From: Eledone cirrhosa
Taxonomy: Eukaryota
DNA: 64,000 nucleotides
Assembly (NCBI GenBank): GCA_964016885.1
Contig: OZ024741.1
Span: 12,958,001-13,022,000 of the forward strand
Direction: 5' to 3'
Positions 8,471 through 20,400 of the stretch are shown piece by piece; within the stretch, counting starts at the first letter, position 1; every line of letters begins with the position of its first letter. The position numbers were made by a program, and so were the translations under genes. The notes under the pieces were generated by a model that was not told the DNA's origin, did not search any database, and worked only from the letters and a program-made list of their open reading frames with translations.

Positions 8471-11400
8471 GAGGTTTTAAAGGATTCAGTGTCCCGACAG
8501 CTAACAACTGATGCAGGTAGTTTGTTCCATGGAGGTTTTAAAGGATGCAGTGTCTCCACAGCTAACAACTGATGCAGGTAGTTTGTTCCATGGAAGTTTT
8601 AAATGATGCAGTGTCCCGACAGCTAACAACTGATGCAGGTAGTTTGTGCCATGGAGGTTTTAAAGGATGCAGTGTCCCGACAGCTAACAACTGATGCAGG
8701 TAGTTTGTTCCATGGAGGTTTTAAAGGATGCAGTGTCTCGACAGCTAACAACTGATGTAGATAGTTTGTTCCATGGAAGTTTTAAAGGATGCTGTGTCTC
8801 GACAGCTAACAACTGATGTAGGTAGTTTGTTCCATGGAGGTTTTAAAGGATGCAGTGTCTCGACAGCTAACAACTGATGCAGGTAGTTTGTTCCATGGAG
8901 GTTTTAAAGGATGCAGTGTCTCGAAAGCTAACAACTGATGCAGGTAGTTTGTTCCATGGAGGTTTTAAAGGATGCAGTGTCTCGACAGCTAACAACTGAT
9001 GTAGGTAGTTTGTTCCATGGAGGTTTTAAAGGATGCAGTGTCTCGACAGCTAACAACGGATGTAAGTAGTTTGTTCCATGGAGGTTTTAAAGGACGCTAT
9101 GTACCGACATCTAACAACTGATGAGGTAGTTTGTTCCATGGAGGTTTTAAAGGATGCTGTGTCTCGACAGCTAACAACTAATGTAGGTAGTTTGTTCCAT
9201 GGAGGTTTTAAAGGATGCAGTGTCCCGACAGCTAACATCTGATGTAGGTAGTTTGTTCCATGGAGGTTTTAAAGGATGCAGTGTCTCGACAGCTAACAAC
9301 TAATGTAGGTAGTTTGTTCCATGGAGGTTTTAAAGGATGCAGTGTCCCGACAGCCCAAATCTGATGTAGGTAGTTTGTTTCATGGAGGTTTTAAAGGATG
9401 CAGTGTCTCGACAGCTAACAACTGATGCAGGTAGTTTGTCCCATGGAGGTTTTAAAAGATGCAGTGTCCCGACAGCTATCAACTGATGCAGGTAGTTTGT
9501 TCCATGGAGGTTTTAAAGGATGCAGTGTCTCCACAGCTAACAACTGATGCAGGTAGTTTGTTCCATGGAGGTTTTAAAGGATGCAGTGTCTCGACAGCTA
9601 ACAACTGATGTAGATAGTTTGTTCCATGGAAGTTTTAAAGGATGCTGTGTCTCGACAGCTAACAACTGATGTAGGTAGTTTGTGCCATGGAGGTTTTAAA
9701 GGATGCAGTGTCTCGACAGCTAACAACTCATGTAGGTAGTTTGTTCCATGGAGGTTTTAAAGGATGCAGTGTCTCGACAGCTAACAACTGATGTAGGTAG
9801 TTTGTTCCATGGAGGTTTTAAAGGATGCAGTGTCTCGACAGCTAACAACTGATGCAGGTAGTTTGTTCCATGGAGGTTTTAAAGGATGCAGTGTCTCGAA
9901 AGCTAACAACTGATGCAGGTAGTTTGTTCCATGGAGGTTTTAAAGGATGCAGTGTCTCGACAGCTAACAACTGATGTAGGTAGTTTGTTCCATGGAGGTT
10001 TTAAAGGATGCAGTGTCTCGACAGCTAACAACGGATGTAAGTAGTTTGATCCATGGAGGTTTTAAAGGACGCTGTGTACCGACATCTAACAACTGATCAG
10101 GTAGTTTGTTCCATGGAGGTTTTAAAGGATGCTGTGTCTCGACAGCTAACAACTAATGTAGGTAGTTTGTTCCATGGAGGTTTTAAAGGATGCAGTGTCC
10201 CAACAGCTAACATCTGATGTAGGTAGTTTGTTCCATGGAGGTTTTAAAGGATGCAGTGTGTCGACAGCTAACAACTAATGTAGGTAGTTTGTTCCATGGA
10301 GGTTTTAAAGGAAGCAGTGTCCCGACAGCCCACATCTGATGTAGGTAGTTTGTTTCATGGAGGTTTTAAAGGATGCAGTGTCTCGACAGCTAACAACTGA
10401 TGTAGGTAGTTTTTTCCAAGGAGGTTTTAAAGGATGCAGTGTCTCGACAGCTAACAACTGATGCAGATAGTTTGTTCCATGGAGGTTTTAAAGGATGCAG
10501 TGTCTCGACAGCTAACAACTGATGTAAGTAGTTTGTTGTTCTATGGAGGTTTTAAAGGATGCAGTGTCTCGACAGCTAACAACTAATGCAGGTAGTTTGT
10601 TCCATGGAGGTTTTAAAGGATACAGTGTCTCGACAGCTAACAACTGATGCAGGTAGTTTGTTCCATGGAGGTTTTAAAGGATGCAGTGTCTCGACAGCTA
10701 ACAACTGATGCAGGTAGTTTGTTCCATGGAGGTTTTAAAGGATGCAGTGTCTCGACAGCTAACAACTGATGCAGGTAGTTTGTTCCATGGAGGTTTTAAA
10801 GGATGCAGTGTCTCGACAGCTAACAACTGATGCAGGTAGTTTGTTCCATGGAGGTTTTAAAGGATGCAGTGTCTCGACAGCTAACAACTGATGTAAGTAG
10901 TTTGTTCCATGGAGGTTTTGAAGGATGCTGTGTCTCGACAGCTAACAACTAATGTAGGTAGTTTGTTCCATGGAGGTTTTAAAGGATGCAGTGTCTCGAC
11001 AGCTAACATCTGATGTAGGTAGTTTGTTCCATGGAGGTTTTAAAGGATGCAGTGTCTCGACAGCTAACAACTAGTGTAGGTAGTTTGTTCCATGGAAGTT
11101 TTAAAGGATGCAGTGTCCCGACAGCTAACAACTGATGCAGGTAGTTTGTTCCATGGCGGTTTTAAAGGATGCAGTGTCTTGACAGCTATCAACTAATGTA
11201 GGTAGTTTGTTTCATGGAGGTTTTAAAGGATGCAGTGTCCCGACAGCTAACAACTGAAGCAGGTAGTTTGTTCTATGGAGGTTTTAAAGGATGCAGTGTC
11301 TCGACAGCTAACAACTGATGCAGGTAGTTTGTTCCGTTGAGGTTTTAAAGGATGCAGTGTCTCGACAACTAACATCTGATGTAGGTAGTTTGTTTCGTGG

Positions 11401-14400
11401 AGGTTTTAAAGGATGCAGTGTCTCGACAGCTAACAACTAATGTAGGTAGTTTGTTCCATGGAGGTTTTAAAGGATGCAGTGTTCCGACAGTTAACAACTG
11501 ATGCAGGTAGTTTGTTCCATGGAGGTTTTAAAGGATGCAGTGTCCCGACAGCTAACAACTGATGCAGGTAGTTTGTTCCATGGAGGATTTAAAGGATGCA
11601 GCGTCTCGACAGCTAACAACTGATGTAGGTAGTTTGTTACAGGGAGGTTTTAAAGGATGCGGTGTCCCGACAGCTAACAACTGATGCAGATAGTTTGTTC
11701 CATGGAGGTTTTAAAGGATGCAGTGTCACTACAGCTAACAACTGATGCAGGTAGTTTGTTCTATGGAGGTTTTAAAGGATGCAGTGTCTCGACAGCTAAC
11801 AACTGATGCAGGTAGTTTGTTCCATGGAGGTTTTAAAGGATGCAGTGTCTCGACAGCTAACAACTGATGCAGGTAGTGTGTTCCATGGATGTTTTAAAGG
11901 ATGCAGTGTCTCGACAGCTAACAACTGATGTAAGTAGTTTGTTCCATGGAGGTTTTAAAGGATGCTGTGTACAAACATCTAACAACTGATGAGGTAGTTG
12001 GTTCCATGGAGGTTTTAAAGGATGCTGTGTCTCGACAGCTAACTACTAATGTAGGTAGCTTGTTCCATGGAGGTTTTAAAGGATGCAGTGTCTCGACAGC
12101 TAACAACTAATGTAGGTAGTTTGTTCCATGGAGGTTTTAAAGGATGCAGTGTCTCGACAGCTAACATCTGATGTAGGTAGTTTGTTCGATGGAGGTTTTA
12201 AAGGATGCAGTGTCTCGACAGCTAACAACTGATGCAGATAGTTTGTTTCATGGAGGTTTTAAAGGATGCAGTGTCCCGACAGCTAACAACTGAAGCAGGT
12301 AGTTTGTTCCATTGAGGTTTTAAAGGATGCAGTGTCTCGACAACTAACATCTGATGTAGGTAGTTTGTTTCATGGAGATTTTAAAGGATGCAGTGTCTCG
12401 ACAGCTAACAACTGATGCAGGTAGTTCTTTCCATGGAGGTTTTAAAGGATGCAGTGTCTCGACAGCTAACAACTTATGCAGGTAGTTTGTTCCATGGAGG
12501 TTTTAAAAGATGCAGTGTCTCGACAGCTAACAACTCATGTAGGTAGTTTGTTCCAGGGAGGTTTTAAAGGATGCAGTGTCTCGACAGCTAACAACTGATG
12601 CAGATAGTTTGTTCCATGGAGGTTTTAAAGGATGCAGTGTCTCGACAGCTAACAACTGATGTAAGTTGTTTGTTCTATGGAGGTTTTAAAGGATGCAGTG
12701 TCTCGACAGCTAACAACTGATGCAGGTAGTTTGTTCCATGGAGGTTTTAAAGGATGCAGTGTCTCGACAGCTAACAACTGATGCAGGTAGTTTGTTCCAT
12801 GGAGGTTTTAAAGGATGCAGTGTCTCGACAGCTAACAACTGATGCAGGTAGTGTGTTCCATGGAGGTTTTAAAGGATGCAATGTCCGGACAGCTAACAAC
12901 TGATGCAGGTAGTTTGTTCCATATAGGTTTTAAAGGATGCTGTGTCTCGACAGCTAATAACTGATGCAGGTAGTTTGTTCCATGGTGGTTTTAACGGATG
13001 CAGTGTCTCGACAGCTAACAACTGATGTAAGTAGTTTGTTCCATGGAGGTTTTAACGGATGCTGTGTACCGACATCTAACAACTGATGAGGTAGTTTGTT
13101 CCATGGAGGTTTTAGAGGATGCTGTGTCTCGACAGCTAACAACTAATGTAGGTAGTTTGTTCCATGGAGGTTTTAAAGGATGCAGTGTCCCGACAGCTAA
13201 CATCTGATGTAGGTAGTTTGTTCCATGGAGGTTATAAAGGATGCAGTGTCTCGACAGCTAACAACTGATGCAGGTAGTTTGTTCTATGGAGGTTTTAAAG
13301 GATGCAGTGTCTCGACAGCTAACAACTGATGCAGGTAGTTTGTTCCATGGAGGTTTTAAAGGATGCAGTGTCCGACAGCTAACAACTGATGCAGGTAGTT
13401 TGTTCCAGGGAGGTTTTAAAGGATGCAGTGTCTCGACAGCTAACAACTGATGCAGATAGTTTGTTCCATGGAGGTTTTAAAGGATGCAGTGTCTCAACAG
13501 CTAACAACTGATGTAAGTAGTTTGTTCCATGGAGGTTTTAAAGGATGCTGTGTACCGACATCTAACAACTGATGAGGTAGTTTGTTCCATTGAGGTTTTA
13601 AAGGATGCAGTGTCTCGACAACTAACATCTGATGTAGGTAGTTTGTTTCATGGAGATTTTAAAGGATGCAGTGTCTCGACAGCTAACAACTGATGCAGGT
13701 AGTTTGTTCCATGGAGGTTTTAAAGGATGCAGTGTCTCGACAGCTAACAACTTATGCAGGTAGTTTGTTCCATGGAGGTTTTAAAAGATGCAGTGTCTCG
13801 ACAGCTAACAACTCATGTAGGTAGTTTGTTCCAGGGAGGTTTTAAAGGATGCAGTGTCTCGACAGCTAACAACTGATGCAGATAGTTTGTTCCATGGAGG
13901 TTTTAAAGGATGCAGTGTCTCGACAGCTAACAACTGATGTAAGTTGTTTGTTCTATGGAGGTTTTAAAGGATGCAATGTCTCGACAGCTAACAACTGATG
14001 CAGGTAGTTTGTTCCATGGAGGTTTTAAAGGATGCAGTGTCTCGACAGCTAACAACTGATGCAGGTAGTTTGTTCCATGGAGGTTTTAAAGGATGCAGTG
14101 TCTCGACAGCTAACAACTGATGCAGGTAGTTTGTTCCATGGAGGTTTTAAAGGATGCAGTGTCTCGACAGCTAACAACTGATGTAAATAGTTTGTTCCAT
14201 GGAGGTTTTAAAGGATGCTGTGTACCAACATCTAACAACTGATGAGGTAGTTTGTTCCATGGAGGTTTTAAAGGATGCTGTGTCTCGACAGCTAACAACT
14301 AATGTAGGTAGTTTGTTCCATGGAGGTTTTAACGGATGCAGTGTCCCGACAGCTAACATCTGATGTAGGTAGTTTGTTCCATGGAGGTTTTAAAGGATGC

Positions 14401-17400
14401 AGTATCTCGACAGCTAACAACTAATGTAGGTAGTTTGTTCCATGGAGGTTTTAAAGGATGCAGTGTCCCGACAGCCCAGATCTGATGTAGGTAGTTTGTT
14501 CCATGGAGGTTTTAAAGGATGCAGTGTTTCGACAGCTAACAACTGATGCAGATAGTTTGTTTCATGGAGGTTTTAAAGGATGCAGTGTCCCGACAGCTAA
14601 CAACTAATGCAGGTAGTTTGTGCCATGGAGGTTTTAAAAAATGCTGTGTCACGACAGCTAACAACTGATGCAGGTAGTTTGTTCCATGGAGGGTTTAAAG
14701 GATGCAGTGTCTCGACAGCTAACAACTGATGTAGGTAGTTTGTTCCAGGGAGGTTTTAAGGGATGCAGTGTCCCGACAGCTAACAACGGATGCAGATAGT
14801 TTGTTCCATGGAGGTTTTAAAGGATGCAGTGTCTCGACAGCTAACAACTAATGTAGGTAGTTTGTTCCATGGAGGTTTTAACGGATGCAGTGTCCCGACA
14901 GCTAACATCTGATGTAGGTAGTTTGTTCCATGGAGGTTTTAAAGGATGCAGTATCTCGACAGCTAACAACTAATGTAGGTAGTTTGTTCCATGGAGGTTT
15001 TAAAGGATGCAGTGTCCCGACAGCCCAGATCTGATGTAGGTAGTTTGTTCCATGGAGGTTTTAAAGGATGCAGTGTTTCGACAGCTAACAACTGATGCAG
15101 ATAGTTTGTTTCATGGAGGTTTTAAAGGATGCAGTGTCCCGACAGCTAACAACTAATGCAGGTAGTTTGTGCCATGGAGGTTTTAAAAAATGCTGTGTCA
15201 CGACAGCTAACAACTGATGCAGGTTGTTTGTTCCATGGAGGGTTTAAAGGATGCAGTGTCTCGACAGCTAACAACTGATGTAGGTAGTTTGTTCCAGGGA
15301 GGTTTTAAGGGATGCAGTGTCCCGACAGCTAACAACGGATGCAGATAGTTTGTTCCATGGAGGTTTTAAAGGATGCAGTGTCTCGACAGCTAACAACTGA
15401 TGCAGGTAGTTTGTTCAATGGAGGTTTTAAAGGATGCAGTGTCTCGACAGCTAACAACTGATGCAGGTAGTTTGTTCCATGGAGGTTTTAAAGGATGCAG
15501 TGTCTCGACAGCTAACAACTGATGTAGGTAGTTTGTTCCATGGAGGTTTTAAAGGATGCAGTGTCCCGACAGCTAACATCTGATGTAGGTAGTTTGTTCC
15601 ATGGAGGTTTTAAAGGATGCAGTGTCTCGACAGCTAACAACTGATGCAGATAGTTTGTTCCATGGAGGTTTTAAAGAATGCAGTGTCTCGACAGCTAACA
15701 ACTGATGCAGGTAGTTTGTTCCATGGCGGTTTTAAAGGATGCAGTGTCTTAACAGCTAACAACTAATGTAGGTAGTTTGTTTCATGGAGGTTTTAAAGGA
15801 TGCAGTGTCCCGACAGCTAACAACTGATGCAGGTAGTTTGTTCCATGGCGGTTTTAAAGGATGCAGTGTCTTGACAGCTAACAACTAATGTAGGTAGTTT
15901 GTTTCATGGAGGTTTTAAAGGATGCAGTGTCCCGACAGCTAACAACTGAAGCAGGTAGTTTGTTTCATGGAGTTTTTAAAGGATGCAGTGTCTCGACAGT
16001 TAACAACTGATGTAGGTAGTTTGTTCCATGGAGGTTTTAAAGGATGCAGTGTTGCGACAGCTAACAGCTGATGCAGGTAGTTTGTTCCATGGAGGTTTTA
16101 AAGGATGCAGTGTCCAGACAACTAACAACTAATGTTGGTAGTTTGTTCCATGGAGGTTTTAAAGGATGCAATGTCCCGACAGCTAACAACTAATGCAGCT
16201 AGTTTGTTCCATGGAGGTTTTAAAGGATGCAATGTCCCGACAGCTAACAACTGATGCAGGTAGTTTGTTCCATATAGGTTTTAAAGGATGCTGTGTCTCG
16301 ACAGCTAATAACTGATAGAGGTAGTTTGTTCCATGGTGGTTTTAACGGATGCAGTGTACCGACATCTAACAACTGATGAGGTAGTTTGTTCCATGGAGGT
16401 TTTAAAGGATGCTGTGTCTCGACAGCTAACAACTAATGTAGGTAGTTTGTTCCATGGAGGTTTTAAAGGATGCAGTGTCCCGACAGCTAACATCTGATGT
16501 AGGTAGTTTGTTCCATGGAGGTTTTAAAGGATGCAGTGTCTCGACAGCTAACAACTGATGCAGGTAGTTTGTTCTATGGAGGTTTTAAAGGATGCAGTGT
16601 CTCGACAGCTAACAACTGGTGCAGGTAGTTTGTTCCATGGAGGTTTTAAAGGATGCAGTGTCCGACAGCTAACAACTGATGCAGGTAGTTTGTTCCATTG
16701 ATGTTTTAAAGGATGCAGTGTCTCAACAGCTAACAACTGATGTAAGTAGTTTGTTCCATGGAGGTTTTAAAGGATGCTGTGTACCGACATCTAACAACTG
16801 ATGAGGTAGTTTGTTCCATGGAAGTTTTAAAGGATGCTGTGTCCCGACAGCTAACAACTAATGTAGGTAGTTTGTTCCATGGAGGTTTTAAAGGATGCAG
16901 TGTCTCGACAGCTAACAACTAATCTAGGTAGTTTGTTCCATGGAGGTTTTAAAGGATGCAGTGTCCCGACAGCTAACATCTGATGTAGGTAGTTTGTTCC
17001 ATGGAGGTTTTAAAGGATGCAGTGTCTCGACAGCTAACAACTGATGCAGATAGTTTGTTCCATGGAGGTTTTAAAGAATGCAGTGTCTCGACAGCTAACA
17101 ACTGATGCAGGTAGTTTGTTCCATGGCGGTTTTAAAAGATGCAGTGTCTTGACAGCTAACAACTAATGTAGGTAGTTTGTTTCATGGAGGTTTTAAAGGA
17201 TGCAGTGTCCCGACAGCTAACAACTGAAGCAGGTAGTTTGTTCCATGGAGGTTTTAAAGGATGCAGTGTCTCGACAACTAACATCTGATGTAGGTAGTTT
17301 GTTTCATGGAGGTTTTAAAGGATGCAGTGTCTCGACAGTTAACAACTGATGTAGGTAGTTTGTTCCATGGAGGTTTTAAAGGATGCAGTGTTGCGACAGC

Positions 17401-20400
17401 TAACAACTGATGCAGGTAGTTTGTTCCATGGAGGTTTTAAAGGATGCAGTGTCGCGACAACTAACAATTAATGTTGGTAGTTTGTTCCATGGAGGTTTTA
17501 AAGGATGCTGTATCTCGACAGCTAATAACTGATGCAGGTAGTTTGTTCCATGGAGGTTTTAACGGATGCAGTGTCTCGACAGCTAATAACTGATGCAGGT
17601 TTTTAAAAGATGCAGTGTCCCGACAGCTAACAACTGATGCAGGTAGTTTGTTCCATTGAGGTTTTAAAGGATGCAGTGTCTCGACAGCTAACAACTAATG
17701 TAGGTAGTTTGTTCCATGGAGGTTTTAAAGGATGCAGTGTCCCGACAGCCCACATCTGATGTAGGTAGTTTGTTCCATGGAGGTTTTAAAGGATGCAGTG
17801 TCTCGACAGCTAACAACTGATGTAGGTAGTTTGTTCCATGGAGATTTTAAAGGATGCAGTGTCCCGACAGCTAACATCTGATGTAGGTAGTTTGTTCCAT
17901 GGAGGTTTTAAAGGATGCAGTGTCTCGACAGCTAACAACTGATGCAGATAGTTTGTTCCATGGCGGTTTTAAAGGATGCAGTGTCTTGACAGCTAACAAC
18001 TAATGTAGGTAGTTTGTTTCATGGAGGTTTTAAAGGATGCAGTGTCCCGACAGCTAACAACTGAAGCAGCTAGTTTGTTCCATGGAGGTTTTAAAGGATG
18101 CAGTGTCTCGACAACTAACATCTGACGTAGGTAGTTTGTTTCATGGAGGTTTTAAAGGATGCAGTGTCTCGACAGTTAACAACTGATGTAGGTAGTTTGT
18201 TCCATGGAGGTTTTAAAGGATGCAGTGTTGCGACAGCTAACAGCTGATGCAGGTAGTTTGTTCCATGGAGGTTTTAAAGGATGCAGTGTCCAGACAACTA
18301 AAAACTAATGTTGGTAGTTTGTTCCATGGAGGTTTTAAAGGATGCAATGTCCCGACAGCTAACAACTAATGCAGCTAGTTTGTTTCATGGAGGTTTTAAA
18401 GGATGCAATGTCCCGACAGCTAACAACTGATGCAGGTAGTTTGTTCCATATAGGTTTTAAAGGATGCTGTGTCTCGACAGCTAATAACTGATGCAGATAG
18501 TTTGTTCCATGGAGGTTTTAACGGATGCAGTGTCTCGACAGCTAACAACTGATGCAGGTAGTTTGTTCCATGGAGGTTTTAAAGGATGCAGTGTCTCGAC
18601 AGCTAACAACTGATGTAAGTAGTTTGTTCCATGGAGGTTTTAAAGGATGCTGTGTACCGACATCTAACAACTGATGAGGTAGTTTGTTCCATGGAGGTGT
18701 TAAAGGATGCTGTGTCTCGACAGCTAACAACTAATGTAGGTAGTTTGTTCCATGGAGGTTTTAAAGGATGCAGTGTCCCGACAGCTAACATCTGATGTAG
18801 GTAGTTTGTTCCATGGAGGTTTTAAAGGATGCAGTGTCTCGACAGCTAACAACTAATGTAGGTAGTTTGTTCCATGGAAGTTTTAAAGGATGCAGTGTCC
18901 CGACAGCCCACATCTGATGTAGGTAGTTTGTTCCATGGAGGTTTTAAAGGATGCAGTGTCTTGACAGCTAACAACTAATGTAGGTAGTTTGTTTCATGGA
19001 GGTTTTAAAGGATGCAGTGTCCCGACAGCTAACAACTGAAGCAGGTAGTTTGTTTCATGGAGTTTTTAAAGGATGCAGTGTCTCGACAGTTAACAACTGA
19101 TGTAGGTAGTTTGTTCCATGGAGGTTTTAAAGGATGCAGTGTTACGACAGCTAACAGCTGATGCAGGTAGTTTGTTCCATGGAGGTTTTAAAGGATGCAG
19201 TGTCCAGACAACTAACAACTAATGTTGGTAGTTTGTTCCATGGAGGTTTTAAAGGATGCAATGTCCCGACAGCTAACAACTAATGCAGCTAGTTTGTTCC
19301 ATGGAGGTTTTAAAGGATGCAATGTCCCGACAGCTAACAACTGATGCAGGTAGTTTGTTCCATATAGGTTTTAAAGGATGCTGTGTCTCGACAGCTAATA
19401 ACTGATAGAAGTAGTTTGTTCCATGGTGGTTTTAACGGATGCAGTGTACCGACATCTAACAACTGATGAGGTAGTTTGTTCCATGGAGGTTTTAAAGGAT
19501 GCTGTGTCTCGACAGCTAACAACTAATGTAGGTAGTTTGTTCCATGGAGGTTTTAAAGGATGCAGTGTCCCGACAGCTAACATCTGATGTAGGTAGTTTG
19601 TTCCATGGAGGTTTTAAAGGATGCAGTGTCTCGACAGCTAACAACTGATGCAGGTAGTTTGTTCTATGGAGGTTTTAAAGGATGCAGTGTCTCGACAGCT
19701 AACAACTGGTGCAGGTAGTTTGTTCCATGGAGGTTTTAAAGGATGCAGTGTCCGACAGCTAACAACTGATGCAGGTAGTTTGTTCCATTGATGTTTTAAA
19801 GGATGCAGTGTCTCAACAGCTAACAACTGATGTAAGTAGTTTGTTCCATGGAGGTTTTAAAGGATGCTGTGTACCGACATCTAACAACTGATGAGGTAGT
19901 TTGTTCCATGGAAGTTTTAAAGGATGCTGTGTCCCGACAGCTAACAACTAATGTAGGTAGTTTGTTCCATGGAGGTTTTAAAGGATGCAGTGTCTCGACA
20001 GCTAACAACTAATCTAGGTAGTTTGTTCCATGGAGGTTTTAAAGGATGCAGTGTCCCGACAGCTAACATCTGATGTAGGTAGTTTGTTCCATGGAGGTTT
20101 TAAAGGATGCAGTGTCTCGACAGCTAACAACTGATGCAGATAGTTTGTTCCATGGAGGTTTTAAAGAATGCAGTGTCTCGACAGCTAACAACTGATGCAG
20201 GTAGTTTGTTCCATGGCGGTTTTAAAGGATGCAGTGTCTTGACAGCTAACAACTAATGTAGGTAGTTTGTTTCATGGAGGTTTTAAAGGATGCAGTGTCC
20301 CGACAGCTAACAACTGAAGCAGGTAGTTTGTTCCATGGAGGTTTTAAAGGATGCAGTGTCTCGACAACTAACATCTGATGTAGGTAGTTTGTTTCATGGA

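Noticed and set aside
9100-9180. Hammerhead ribozyme in satellite units containing CTGATGAG
   Set aside because: The CUGAUGA box is present only in the 60-bp variant, and I found no GAAA box or stems I-III at suitable spacing. An Infernal search would settle it.
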